Source of the DNA: Haliotis cracherodii
Lineage: Eukaryota
Assembly: GCF_022045235.1 (NCBI RefSeq)
Contig: NW_027266271.1
Location: 9,176,001 to 9,240,000, forward strand
Direction of reading: 5' to 3'
DNA: 64,000 nt
Below the pieces are notes generated by a model. The model was not told the origin of the DNA and did no database searches. It saw nothing but the letters and a program-made list of their open reading frames with translations. Every line of letters begins with the position of its first letter. Within the stretch, counting starts at the first letter, position 1. This document shows positions 36,013-49,560 of this stretch, one piece after another. Both the position numbers and the translations under genes were made by a program.

Positions 36013-36536
36013 CCTGATAATAAAACATGTTCTATAAACTCTGGATACAAATAGATAAATATTACCATAAGCATTAATATAAAAGCAAAATTCATAAAAT
36101 AAATCATCTAAAAATTGTGTAAACTGACAATGGGTCTTTGGTAACTTAAGTTGTGATAGACCCAATCACTTGCTGAGACCGAAACATTAAGAGTATCTGT
36201 GTCCTAATGTGACTTGATGTCCCCGGCACATAATAACTATCAGCATAACTTACAAGTCCTACCCTTTTGTTGATGTGACCTTTTATGAAAATTTAAAGGA
36301 ATAACTCTCATTCAGATTTGGTCTGGAACAATTATTATACATCACAACCCTATTCAAATTACCATATTCACTGTAATAAACACCCTGGGCTCTTAGAAAC
36401 TTGACAAAGGGGTGATTTGTTTATAGACACCGAGCATTAGTGAACATTGATGAAACTAAAATGTCTCCAATAATAGTTAATAGGCAATTATATACACATT
36501 CTGCACTACTGTTTTCTGAAATATACAGAAGTTGGT

Positions 36537-36695
36537 TAGTGAGTATGGTTTTACTCCGCTTTTAGCAATATTCCAGCAATATCACAGTGGGGAATGCCAG
36601 AGATGGGCTTCACACATTGTACCCATGGCAGGAATCGAACCCAGGTCTTCAGCGTAACGAGCGAACGCTTTAACCACTAGGCTACCCGACCGCCC
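36537..36695 (-). mobile_element. SINE family B, full length
   Basis: Head ggggcggtcgggtagcctagtggttaaagcgttcgc on minus. Near-TSD aaatatac.aag. Confidence 0.9.
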
Positions 36696-38066
36696 CAAAA
36701 TATACACAAGGAAATATGAACTTTAACATACATTTTCAGCCCTTATAAGTAGGAGGCTCTTAAAAGGGTACTTATAGATTGGTCTAGAAGTTGGTCAGGG
36801 GTTCTTATTGGAACAGAACATTTAATATAATAGATATGGTACATTAATCACTGGCTATTTGACTCCAGCTGGTATTGCAAACTACAAGTAATTTTTGTTT
36901 AAAATGACTATTGTTCATAGCACAAGATTCCAGATACATTCAGATCAGTAGCGTTCCACTGAACTCAACTCAAGGGGTGAGCACTGGACAGGACTTTCAC
37001 ATGACTTTGGTTCCAATGAGCTGACACGCAGCTGCTTCTAAGGAACTAGATTGTTGGTCATCAGTTCAAAAACCTAGAGACTGAACACATCTGACACTGA
37101 ACTTGATATTGTTTTCCTAAGTTTGTTTTAGAATTACAATAAATCGTACATCGTTGTCTTAGATTGTGGTGAAGTAAAATGGCTTTAACATGGTGTTAAA
37201 GATTAGTTCACTTAAATACTCCACTCAGACATAGTATACCGACTGACCAAAAACAATCGTTGTTTTATACCCTTAATGCCAAACTCCATGCAGGGAAACA
37301 ACAATTACCATATTACAACATCATTGTTATGACACAGCCTGGGGATCGACCCATCAACTGACATGACAGTTGCCTAAGTGTTCTTGTATGATACAAACAC
37401 AATTAGGATGACAACTTTCTCAGATCTGGTGGAAATTATGAAGAAACATAAAATGACCAAATATTCATATTGTAGCTTCCCCTTGTAAAATGTGATTCTA
37501 TATGCAAAAAAAGCAATATAATAGCTGCAAAATGTACCAAAAAGTCGACACCGACAGGCAGCAAATATGAACAGCATATAACAAAAGATGTAGGATTCGT
37601 ACTTTAAAGCATTCCAATAACTTAGTAACAATTATTTCATAATCTTATGAACAAATATACAATATAAGCAAATATATACATATCTTTAACAGTGCAAATC
37701 TCTTATTTGAACCCCAATAAGAGTTCTGGCACACCTAAGGGATAACTCTGCACAGTGAAATGCAGCACCTTAGAAGACTGGGCCATCCATTACTGGACAG
37801 CATATGAAAATATATAGAATATACATAGGAAAATGGCAATCAGTGGCAGAATGCCTCAACCATGGCAGATTTATAAATTCATTGTTTTAAGATGTCATTA
37901 AGTTTATATCAAAACTAAAGCCTTCATAATGTGATGTGGCACAATTACAAAATTTATTAAGTATTGTGGTATTTTTGGTTCAGAGGAGTTATGAAATCGA
38001 CTTAACATCCAAAGGCAAGTCAAGGAAGAAAAGACATCCAATCAATATGGCTTGCACTTAAATCAG

Positions 38067-38194
38067 CTGAGTGAAGAGAGTATTGTTTTACGCCTCTTTT
38101 AGCAATATTCAATCAACATCACAGCGACGGACATCAATGGGGAATCAACCCAGGTCTTCAGCGTAAAGAGCAAACACTTTAACACCATTGCCCC
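38067..38194 (-). mobile_element. SINE family B, degraded
   Basis: ttttagcaatattc...cccaggtcttcagcgta. Confidence 0.7.
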
Positions 38195-40721
38195 TGTAAA
38201 CAAACACTGAGACACAAACAATTTTAACATTTTGCCAGAATGTGACAATATGTCACTGTTTGGACTGCTCATCTGTTTACTGTAGCATGTCCAATTCGTT
38301 TTCTTTGATTCAAAATCAGACTCACTCACAACTCAGATGCATGTGCAATGTCCATCCAACACTAACAGTTTCCATCTGCCCCATATGTGGACACGCACTA
38401 GCAAAGATTCGCAATGTGACAGAAATCTGAGAAATACGCACCAGACATTGAATCGCATCATCATTGATATATCATACAACAACAGACTTCTAAAACTGCC
38501 TTGAAACAATAGTCATAACGGGTTTTGCATTTAGCAAAATTAAATGATAAAACATTGATCCACATCTCACTTGAATAGATAACACACATTAAATAAATAT
38601 AATGAAAAACATATTAAAGTAGATAAAAAATTTCAATGCTTAAAAACATAATGTTTCAGTGTGGTTATAATATTGATCATAATTATTTGAGGAAACTGGA
38701 TCATCTAGGAAATTTCACAATCATCAGATTAACTGGGCCTAAATTTATGAATCACAAATTCACGAAATGAACACGTCCATTTTCAGCCCAATGCCTCTGT
38801 GCACAGATCAAATACTGGTATGTATGCTAATTTGTAGATCTGTGCAAGAGTACTGATAGGGGACTTGAAAATCATCATTGATTATTGGATCACCCCAACT
38901 GACTGATCATTAAGTCAATCAGTAAGTCATTTTGCTGTTTTTCAATGTTAAATTATGTCAAACTAGATCACGCCTAACACCCTTTGTTCTCCAAGTGAAT
39001 AAACTTTATCAGGAAATAAACTTATTCTTATGGAATGTTTGAAATTAAAACGGAAAAACTGGCACACACATTTCCTTTGGCACTTCCTTTGTTCGATTGC
39101 TTGGTCTTTGGACATTATAGAAACCTTTTGATTATAATATCTCACTGAAAAAGCACAAGGAGTGAACCTAACTGCATTTCGGTTATTTTATGTCATATGG
39201 TGACCGAGTCACTTGGCAACAAAATGAATGATGAAAACACTAAACATAGAACTCCAATACTGGAAACCTTGAAGGTTTTGTGCCATGATATTACTGCGAG
39301 TGGATGACAATAACCTTAACTGCGTTTTGCAACATGCTGTTAACATGACCAAATATCGAAGCTACTTTTGCAGGTGTTATATTTGATAAGTAGGAAGCAG
39401 CATGATGAAATGGTAACTCAGTGTCAATCAGTGACTATAGATGCATGCGTTGTAGTTGACAAATGAGGTTGGAGCAGCATGTTTATCTAACAGAAGAGAC
39501 TGGCTGGTGAATGACAGGATTACTTGGTGTTATGTCAAACACTTGATGAGAGTGGCAGTTTCGTGAACTAATTTGACTATTGACATTAAGTGACAATGGT
39601 TCATTAGGGAAACACGGGATGCGAGGGAGTATTTGTATCATAATGTACTGGCTGGTTGGACAACTTGTTGCAGTGAATTCCAGGAATGTGCTTCCTTACT
39701 ACTTTTGTTTGTTGCTGGTCTCCAAAAATAACGGCGCCATGAAACTATTGAAAGTGTGTGTCCCTCGCAGTTTTCACGGTACTTTCCTGCTTGCAAAACT
39801 TCCAGATTTACAGTACCTACCAGGTTTTGAATACACTATGTTCCTTTATGAAGGAATTTAGTGTATACAAAACTCATGAAGTACAGACAATGAAAAACGA
39901 GAGTACCATTTCCTCAAATAGTTTAAGTAAAATACATATAAGAAACCATTAACCACAATGAAACACCAACAAATACTAAGTCAAGGAAGACCTTGCTGGG
40001 CAAACCCAGTAACACTATAATTCTTTGCATCACTCCCTGAGAATGTGAGGGCAGTGTTGATGCAGTCGATGAAGATGTGCAATACTGCATAGATTCAAAA
40101 CAAAACAATGCTGAATACAGTCTCCAACACGTTTCATATAAACAAATTATATATATATATTATACAGCTCATCTTTGGACTTTTTCTAATCTATCCATCT
40201 ATTCTCTGATACAAATGAAATGCGTTCGAGAAGTATTCAGTGTTTTGTTTTACATTTTCAATATATTAGACTGTAAACTCAAATACTTTTCTTAATATAA
40301 TGCATATAAATATATGTATGTATGCATTTAACAATTAAAATATATTTAATGCTCTGCAAGTCGCTCTGTTGCAACTTAAAGTGATAAGTCAAAGTAAATT
40401 AGTTGCAATTCACTACTTTCTGTAAGTCTGATAGCTAATTCTTAAGCATAATTATTAGAAAGATGAGAAACAGCAAGTGTTAACAGCCAACAAAATTTGT
40501 GTGATCTATTCTTTGTACTTGTGGAAATAGAGGACACCGACAAGTTCAGACAGGAAGGTTTGAATCAGATCATGCCACAATTCAGAAGTCAGAGCTGCCA
40601 CAGCCCCAATGGTCTGAAACCCCAGGCAGTAGCATACAGCAGCATCCTACATCTCCAGTGCATAATCATACAATCCTGCATCCTGCATGTACATGGATGG
40701 CTCCAAGATAAAAGAAACATA

Positions 40722-40883
40722 AGTGAGTGAGTATGGTTTTACGCCGCTTTTAGCAATATTCCAGCAATATCACAGCGTGGAACACCAGAAATGGGCTTCA
40801 CACATTGTGCCCATGTCGGGAATCAAACCCGGGTCTTTGGCGTGACGAGTGAACGCTCTAACCACTAGGCTACCCGACCGCCC
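40722..40883 (-). mobile_element. SINE family B, full length
   Basis: TSD aaaagaaacat on both sides. Confidence 0.92.
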
Positions 40884-41183
40884 AAAAGAAACATTAAATT
40901 ACATTAGTAAATATAATATGATTTTAATATCATTTATATTCTATGTCCAATATATATAATAAACTCAGGCCGATACACAATAACATTGCATGGAAACAGT
41001 GAACACCATCAGTCCAATATACTGGTAGTTGGGCTGTTGATGGTGTAAAATGTATACACTGAGCACAATTGATAAAAAAACAAATAAAAAATACATAAAA
41101 AACAAATGTCCTTCTGAACATGCAGAACACCTACCTGCAGTTATATGGATACATTGCAGGTTAAATGTTGTTATGCATGTTTA

Positions 41184-41620
41184 TGGGCGGCCATTCGGTC
41201 AAAAATACAAAGTTGAAAAAAGGACAAAAGTACGCAATTAAGGTCAAATATTACAAATGAAGAACTAAATGTTACTAGTAAAGGTCAAAATACAAAACAA
41301 ACAGACGAGGGTTAAACATACAAAGTTGAAATAAATGTCAAAAGTACGCAATATTAATAGTCAAATGTTACGAAAAGACGCCCTAAGAAATGAAAGAACA
41401 GTGTGTACGAAAGAACGTAAGTGAGCACGAAAGGATGTTTTCTATAAAGAACGTAAGTGAGCACGAAAGGATGTTTTCAATAAAGAACGTCAGTGAGCAC
41501 GAAAGGATGTTTTCAATAAAGAACGTCAGTGAGCACGAAAGGATGTTTTCAATAAAGAACGTCAGTGAGCACGAAAGGACGTTTTTTCAACTTTGTATTT
41601 TTTTACCGAATGGCCACCCA
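41184..41620. mobile_element. TA-flanked MITE with an internal 36-bp tandem repeat (about 5 copies, 41411-41585)
   Basis: TIR tgggcggccattcggtcaaaaatacaaagttgaaaaaa and its reverse complement. TA on both sides. Confidence 0.85.
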
Positions 41621-42548
41621 TACATGTTCTCAACAATACACAATGAAACAAACATATGTATGTGTGATACATTAAAGCAAAGCGGTGCATAAATGTTGTC
41701 ACTTTCATACAAACAATCAGATGATGCATAGGTATTACATGATCTTTCCTCAAGTCTGCTACAAAATTACGTTTTGAGATCAATGAAGAGGTACCAAGTG
41801 TCATATGTGTCAAGTGAAAGCACAACCTCTGTTTGCAAACTTCTGTTGCTCATGTAAAGGTGCCTTAAGGCAATTAATAATGCAGTCAAATGAGAGAAAG
41901 AATTAAGACTTATGAAGTATTTCAACTGATCTTTTCACTGATTTTTTATGTTCTTAAATCCTCTTAAGTTTTTTCTACATCGGGGAATTATCAAATTGAA
42001 TTACTTATCCCAATAATCATGTCATGAAATTATTACCACAATCATGGAAATATCCAATATTACTCCTTGCCTCTAATGTGCTACTCAACTTCAGACCGAG
42101 ATAGTCCTGTTTTCCCATGAAAACACAAACTGATTACTTAATACATGTTAACAGCATGAAATATCTTTGTAATCATATCTAAATTTGAGTGGTACATGTG
42201 CAGAAGCATGTTTTAAACTATCAGGGCAAAAACAAACATATTGCTTTACCTGCAGCCTTTTTCAAGGTCTTTACACAACAAATACAACTGTCTCCTCCAC
42301 AGCTTGGAGATGAATCAACAATGTGATAAACAAGAGTTGATCGATCCCATCATGATGTTGAAGATTTAACGAGCACTTCCAGAGGCCCTGATTACACAAT
42401 CATGTAATTCATCCCATAGCCTGCCGAACTTGTTATAATGTAGCTAACAGACCACAATTCAATAACATATGATGAATTTGGTCATATCTTACTCAACACA
42501 AATTAAATTTTTCAGGCAAGAGACTATTAAATATCTAATACCACAAAC

Positions 42549-42844
42549 TTAATCCGTATAGTCATCATCTACTCTTGACTCTACAGAAGAGACAGCTTCA
42601 TTTTCTTCATCCTGTTCTTCATCCTGTTCTTCATGGCTGTGGTCTCCAGCTGCTACCACTGCAGCCAGTGCAGATGCTGGGGTATGACTGCAGGGCGGGG
42701 CAAGGGACTCACTAGCAGAGGCCCCAGCTGCCTGATGTTCTGTATCTGGGTCCTGCTGCCCAACTGCTCGTTGGTTTTCTTTTCGGTCTGTCTGCAGTGA
42801 CTCCAAAAAGGCTCCTAGTATTGGATGAAACCTGTTCTGTCGAT
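42549..42844 (-). CDS. Gene B last coding exon (acidic C-terminus ...EEQDEEQDEENE...DDDYTD*)
   Basis: ORF 42549..42875. Acceptor tttgtttcAG|AT at 42846-42845, phase-1 start as in the gene A last exon. Shares SLQT with gene A. Confidence 0.75.
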
Positions 42845-43786
42845 CTGAAACAAACATGATTTTAGAAACTACCATTTATTTCTACATATATCATTGAGGT
42901 TGTTGGATTCAATACGTGCTTTCATGAGTGCACTTCAACAATATTACCCTCACAATCATTTCCAAATGCATGTCAATCTTTTTCATGATGTAGTTTCGGT
43001 AATAACTGGTCTTTTTCTTTCCACTTTGAAACTGTTGGCATTATTTTTACAGTGTCATGGCAGAAGTTCTGTCTGATCAACCTCTGTTTTCCCAACTGTT
43101 TCTGTGATCACAAAAATTTGGACATAAGGCTTGCATCAATAGCTCTTATTTTTTAAAGTGGTCAAGATATTATTCATTATATCCTTTCACATGATAGTTG
43201 TGTTCAACTATCCTTCTCAAAAGTCTGGGTTATCATCACCACAGTCTGTGCTAAATATATACTTTTGTGTTCACTAGTCCAAACTGGAGCTCACTGGACC
43301 GATCAGAAGTTAACTGGGCACAGGCTTCGGACAAGTGGCACAAGTGTCAAAGACTGTCACCCATCTTAGAAATGTTACTTTCGTGCCACAACAATGATTA
43401 AGCCGAGCATTTTTTTAACTTGCCTTACAGATTTAGTACCGGAAAATACCTGTCGGTAGGTGGGGAAAAACCAAAAGCAAAAGCAAATCAATTTTTTGTA
43501 GTAGTTCTGCTCCACTACAGGTTGGCTAGAAGAAGAAAATGGTGTAATGTGGGAAACGAGCCTGCACCATGGCCATTGTTCACCTATGTATATCCTATCG
43601 ATTTCAGGAGCAACAACACATCTTATTTTGACAACCATGTTTAATATGGTTAAGTTATCAATAATTTACAGTTTGTGGATCCATAAAGCAAGTAAAATAC
43701 AGAGTGGCCTTACCAGTGAAGGTATTCATAAGGCTAGAATGTAATTTCCAATACATTCATCAACATATCTCATTAAAATCATATCT

Positions 43787-44327
43787 TAGTTCGCCAAACA
43801 AAGATCTGAGGACATCCCATTAGGGTCACGTCAGACCGACCTTTCATCTGACCAATCAGAGCGTTGCTTACCAGATCATGAAAGTGACAGTCGGAATGTG
43901 TTTTCTGATCATGCAACCTCGAAAACATTAACACAGGGTATTCCGAACGACAGTTACGTCCTGTACGACTGATTCTGTCAAAATTATCATCTATCTCTCG
44001 CTTAAACATTTGAACGGAGGAGGCGTTGCACAGTACATGGGAAGCACTGCCATACAATCTCAACCATATATTAGACATTCCGGAATGATCGTTTGTTCAG
44101 TTTTCAAAATTTTAATCGAGAACTGTGTCAACATATTATTCAAGCGTAGTCTGAAATAGCAGTCGGCAGGTTGAAACGAGTGCCGTAAAGCTTAAGAAAG
44201 CTGCTTTCTTATTGGCTGATGTCGACTTCTTGTTAGTCATTTCAGTGACCGGTCAAAGTTTCCGAAAGGTCGTTCTGACATGACCCGTAATGTCCTCAGA
44301 TCTTTGTTTAGCTGCAGCGAGAACTTA
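43787..44327. mobile_element. About 540-bp MITE with about 65-bp imperfect TIRs
   Basis: aaacaaagatctgaggacat...gggtcacgtcagaccgacctttc vs gaaaggtcgttctgacatgacccg...atgtcctcagatctttgttt. Confidence 0.75.
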
Positions 44328-44417
44328 GATCTGAATTTAATGAGATTGTTCATCAACAATCACCACAAACTAATCAATCTCTAAACATGAATTATTAACT
44401 TATCCTTCAACTCTCAC

Positions 44418-44475
44418 CTCTTGTAGTGCCAGCATTGGGTGTTCCGGTCATGTACCCGGAAGAGACAGTTTGGGG
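44418..44475 (-). CDS. Gene B 58-bp coding exon (PQTVSSGYMTGTPNAGTTR)
   Basis: actttcAG acceptor and GAG|GTGAGA donor, phase 0 to 1. Contains the SGYxTGT motif. Confidence 0.75.
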
Positions 44476-44907
44476 CTGAAAGTACTCGCCACAGTTCAGG
44501 TTTGGAGACTGCAATCAAAAGCAAAATGATTGCTACTGTTTTTGTCATAAAGTTGGAAAGAAACATGCGGATTTTATGCATCGTGAAGATTTGGAAATAA
44601 TTATAGAAAAGCACATTCATCATCAATATACAAACAATCAAGTATTTTAATTTATAGAATAAGATTCTTAAAATTGTAAAACATGTTCTGAGGACACAGG
44701 TTAAAATTAAAATAGTAAGAGGACACTAAATTTGGATCAGGAGGCTCAGTTGACTGCATCTCAGTACATCAACAGCCTTGGATGTTGCTCATTCTCTCTA
44801 TCACTGATTTGCCTCGCCAGACTCAATGTATTAAATGCTGCCATGATAGGCCTATAGCTGGATTACTGCTGACTATGACGTAAAACATGAAACCAACACA
44901 AACTAAC

Positions 44908-45449
44908 CTGCTGTTCCTCATGTTCCTCAGCTAAGCGTGATGGGACAGTTGTCTTTAATTCCGTCTGCGCCTCCCGTCCACCTGTCATACAGTACTCTGC
45001 ACCATCTGGCAATTCCAAGGTGCTAGGTCCTTGGTCATATCTTCCGGATGTGCACAACTCTGCACCAGTGCATCCCATCACTCCCTCTCCAGCATCCAGT
45101 TGTGCACAGTTCGGATTGTCATTCAACCTCAATTCATCTGATGACCCACCGTTGTAACTGCCATGTGCCTGGTGAGGTAGGTCACTGAATCCGTAACTAG
45201 GGTCACTGTCAAAGTTGTCATCATCACCACCACCTCTATCATCATCATGATCAGCAGCTGCAGCATTTTCTGGTCTCTGAGATGAATCTTCCCCATCTGG
45301 ATTTCCACATACTGCATGAAGGGCAATAAAGTTGCTTATATTACAAAAAGGTGATGAACTTGGTACCACATCAGAGTTTGCAGGTATGGAGGCCAGTTGA
45401 TGTAGGAACCTTTGGGCCGCTTGCTGTCTAGTTTCTGAAGGTTCTGTGG
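44908..45449 (-). CDS. Gene B large coding exon (contains YGFSDLPHQAHGSYNGG)
   Basis: ORF 44863..45516. Acceptor ttctcttttcAG, donor CAG|GTTAGT, phase 1 to 0. Motifs are collinear with the gene A large exon. Confidence 0.8.
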
Positions 45450-45807
45450 CTGAAAAGAGAATTTTCAACTTGCCTTTAGTGACATATGCATAGTTACCTT
45501 CCCTAGTAATAACCAAAGCGTAGGTTAAGCGAGCAAGTGTTCAAGGGTGAGCAGGCTTACCAAGTCTGTGTGCATGGGTTGCAATAAATATCGTAAACGC
45601 TAAATAAAAATAAGATTTATTCAGATCCATCCAATGTAATTGGTATTGTATCTTTGTTCAGTTTGTTTAAACATTTGTAAAGTAATACCAAATACTAGTA
45701 AAGATTACGGCATTGGGATTTGGAGAAAACAACGTCATATTTTGTTTTGTTACGCTTGCTTCTTATTTTGCAAGAAACAATTTTTAAAATGGCGCTAACC
45801 ACTGTAC

Positions 45808-48382
45808 CAACTTCAACATTTTACATAAAATTGTATATTTATTTACTTATCTTATCTCACACTATGCATTTCTTCCTTATTCTTTTCCTATGTGGAAATG
45901 TGCTTGAACAAAGTTTCCAGCTTTTAAAAACAAATCACCTGAACACATCCCAGCATCACCTTGGTCACCACCAATAAAAATGGGTTATGTACTGTAACCT
46001 GTACTGGTACAGCGACCTACACGACCTGATCACGTGAATACTCCTGCCACATTCTCTTTCCTAGAGCTAACAGGCTAGAGGAGCTGTGATGCAAGGATGG
46101 TCGGAAGGGCATATAGCGTGTGAGATAGGATAAGTATATTTATATACAATTTAATGTAATATTTATAAATTTTGAAACTTAGCCAATGTCACACTGTGCG
46201 TTTATCCCACGCTTGGATGGTGGGGTGCAGATACCCTAACCTGTAGTAGACTACAACCGTGAGATAGACACAAGGAAGCTGGTGCTAAACAGTGAGATAA
46301 GAAATAATCAGTTACACTGCTTAGTGTTGTAAAGACAAGAACTTGTGAGCAGGAAAACACACCATAGCAGGCAATGTGATCCCTATACGTTAGTCGGATG
46401 TAACAACATAAAATCGTGTATAACATGCGTTTCGTGTTTTCACGTATGACATCATTACATGAACGACCGCGTAGCTGAACAGAACAATCGATATAGCATA
46501 TGAGTTGTAATCGATCCAGAAGGGGTCTCCAGCCAATTGACTCTACAAGACAGGTCACACCACTATCTCCAATGGACAATAGGGTGCGTCAGCACGACTT
46601 CTCTTTTAACGCTGTCACATCTATCAATCACGCCCAAGGGATCGATGTATGCTTAGATGAGGAGAGGAACTATCGACAATATGCACAAGAGGATACTTGA
46701 ACCAACACCAGGCAGCACATGCCTAAAGCAGAGGCGAGAAGGTAAGGATTAGGGGCACTTGCAGCAACTTCAACACCATATTTTCTTGAGTATAGTGCAC
46801 ACCCAAGTTATAATGCGCACACCCCTCTAGCAGATTCAGATAATAAAAGACAATAAACACAGGAGTGATAGCTCAAATTTTATTCTGTATATATATGTAG
46901 CGAGAATGAACAGGAACGGGAACATACATCAACAATCTGCACTGATATGCAGTCGACAGCTGCTGTGTGACAGGACCAAGAGACCGAACTGGTAAAGTCC
47001 CTGGACGTCTGAGATGTCACAGAGTTGATGGGAAGCTTTCGGAAACACCCTTCAATTATGGTGGAGAGAATGCAGTTACTGTGCAAGGCCATATGGAAGT
47101 GACGGCTTGAGTCTTATGTGGATTGGGTAGGCAAGCCATCAAAGGTGTAGGCCTGTAGGATGGTTGAATGAAGCCAACGGAGACTGTAGTACGGGAGACT
47201 TCTGCTGTGGCTGCAGTAGAAAGAGGGAAGAAGAGTCTTTTCAGGGAGCGCCGAAGTTGTCTCACAGCCTCAAGCCAGATTCGGAGCGCTCAAACCAGAC
47301 AAAGAGGTATCTTCCAGGTCATCAGAGTTTAAGATGGATGCCAGCTATGGGAAGGTGAACAGCGGATCTTGTTGTCCAAGAAGCTGATTCTTCATTAACT
47401 TGTAGAACCGAATGAGGGACTGTAGCTCGGCAACCATAGAAATCTTTGAGCCAGTTGTATTTGCAATGACAGAGCAGCGAGATAGATAGCCAAAGTGAAA
47501 CTTGTAAGCTTCCAGGTAGATTGTAAATGATAGAGGTAGTCGGCTATCAGTGGTGGAAAAGCAGTGGTGGATGTGGTGATGTCACGAGCTTGACAGTAGG
47601 CCTCAGATGCTTACCATTGATGGTCGAAGATGGTCTTAGTAGAGGAATGGAGTCTCCGTGAGCAACGGGTGGAGCAGTTGGAAGTGAGGCAGGAGGAGGA
47701 GATCGTCCTTTGGTGGAAGAATGGAACCTGTTTTCCTGCAAGTTGTACCAACATTGTGAACCAGCTCTGAGTTGGTCAATAGGGCGCGACCAAAATCAGA
47801 TTCAGGAGGCAGGTGGATGCTGTTTTCTGAAGGACCTGTGGTAGAAAACTGGTCTGTGAAAAGGCATAGGTGTTAAGGCGTTCTCATGATATCCCTCTTC
47901 AAGGAGAGAGACGTTGAAGCTTGTCATAGCGATGGTGATTAATGGGCTGATCCCAATGAGAGTGGTAGTAATAAGCATGGGAGCAAAAGTCAGGATAAGA
48001 GAAAGCATAAGGGTAACCACGCCAGTGAGGATACATGTCTATGTGCAGGGTGGTAGTACGTGGGTGGTCTCCATAATCGCTGTATCGATATGATCCCAAG
48101 CATGAAAGTCCTGTCGATAAGGGCTACAATCGTAGGGGCAAGAACAATCCTGTGGACGATGTCAATCTGTGTAATTTGATGCCTGGGAGCGACACCAAGT
48201 CAAGAAACGGCTCCAGTGCAATGAGTAACAGAATGATGTGGCAGGTGTATTTACATGATCTGGTCATGTAGGTCGCTATGCACAGGGTAACATTGCTTGT
48301 CCCATTGTTTGACTGGTGACCATGGTGATGCTTCGATGTGTTCGAGTGATTTGTTTTTAGAAGCTGGAAACTTTGTTCAAGC
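45808..48382 (-). mobile_element. Internally deleted DIRS-like element (DIRS-d) with ITRs, ICR and YR remnant
   Basis: ITRs 45902-46055 vs 48235-48382. 46102-46180 is complementary to the 45808-45876 terminus. YR C-terminal remnant ALHSNCILSTIIEGCF (about 47090-47040) resembles the DIRS-b YR. Confidence 0.75.
46400..46870 (-). mobile_element. LINE (CR1/L2-like) RT C-terminal scrap inside DIRS-d
   Basis: VTCLVESIGWRPLLDR resembles the L.W..L..R motif after the RT domain. Confidence 0.35.
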
Positions 48383-48527
48383 CCTCTCTGGGCGGGGAGC
48401 ATAAATTGCTACTGATCAACATTTTGACTCTGATCATTGGTGTAAACATGACACAGAAAAGTGACTTTGAAAAATCAATCAGTTTATTTTCCTGTGTTAA
48501 TCAATTTAATTATAAATATTTATAACA

Positions 48528-49560
48528 CATGGTTCCCACTTTTTTTCTTCCGAAAGATTCCCTGACATTTCCCTGATATTTCCAGAGAACTTAGAACTTT
48601 TCCAGACTGCATTACACAGCCTCCATTATAACAACTGGGAGTGGTGTTTTAACTTTATTATATAAACAGCTTTAAAATAGACCAATGGAAACGTCTTTTT
48701 TAGATATGTCTGTACAAAAGTGTGTTATGTTTGGTTTAAGGAAAACTAAGTCACCAAGTAATTATCCTCCACTTAAGGCCATCCATCTGCCACCATTTAA
48801 AGAGTTCAAACTACAAATTAACTCCATCAATCATTGCCTAATCAAAACAAGTATTACAATTTTTGAAAATTGACTTCATGACTAGGATCTCACAACTTTA
48901 GAAGCATGAACATGAACTAATTAGTAACATTATAATAAAGTAAATTCCATCACTACTTTCAGTGCAACATTCATGCACAGCATTTCACAAACTAACCATT
49001 CAAATATACATCTGCACTTTCAAAAGGTCACCAGGGAATAGATAATTATAACCACAACTGAAGTCACCATAAGTTTTTCCAATGATTTATCTAACACTGA
49101 TACACTTTTCATTAACAAGAGCTTTATAGAATCCTAATTGCAATATTTTGTTTGTCCTTGAACAGTAGAACTTTATGAGATTTGAAATTTTACATTCAAA
49201 TTGATTTCTGAAATTCAAATGGTAAACTAATACCAAGGCAATGTAATATTTTACTCAAAATATTTTAAATTTAGAATTTAGTTAGCTCTGGAGGTAAGGG
49301 GCGCAAATCCCTATCAGCCACATTGACCTTGACCTTGATATAGTAAAATTTGACAAATACCTCTTTTTCAAACGAATAAACTCCATTGAGTGGCTGCCAT
49401 AACCATTAAATAATAGAGAGTATGAGTTCCAAGAGCAAAAAATCCCTGATAAATCCCTGATTTTGAAGTTTTTAGTGAATTCCCTGATATTTCCCTGACT
49501 GGAAATTTTTCCAACACATTTCCAGGTTTTCCAGGTTTTCCAGTGGCAGTGGGAACCATG
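48528..49560. mobile_element. Non-autonomous DNA transposon with short TIRs and subterminal ttccctga/ttccagg repeats
   Basis: catggttcccact ... agtgggaaccatg. Confidence 0.65.

Noticed and set aside
41411-41585. CRISPR-like 36-bp repeats and the ORF with KNVSEHERMFSI repeats
   Set aside because: The units are contiguous with no spacers, there are no cas genes, the context is eukaryotic, and the array lies inside a MITE. The ORF is a by-product of a period divisible by 3.
42250-42450. Additional gene B exon (ctgcag|gtaaag donor on minus)
   Set aside because: It lies downstream of the in-frame stop at 42549 with no convincing acceptor or coding signal. It could only be a UTR exon and I cannot support that.
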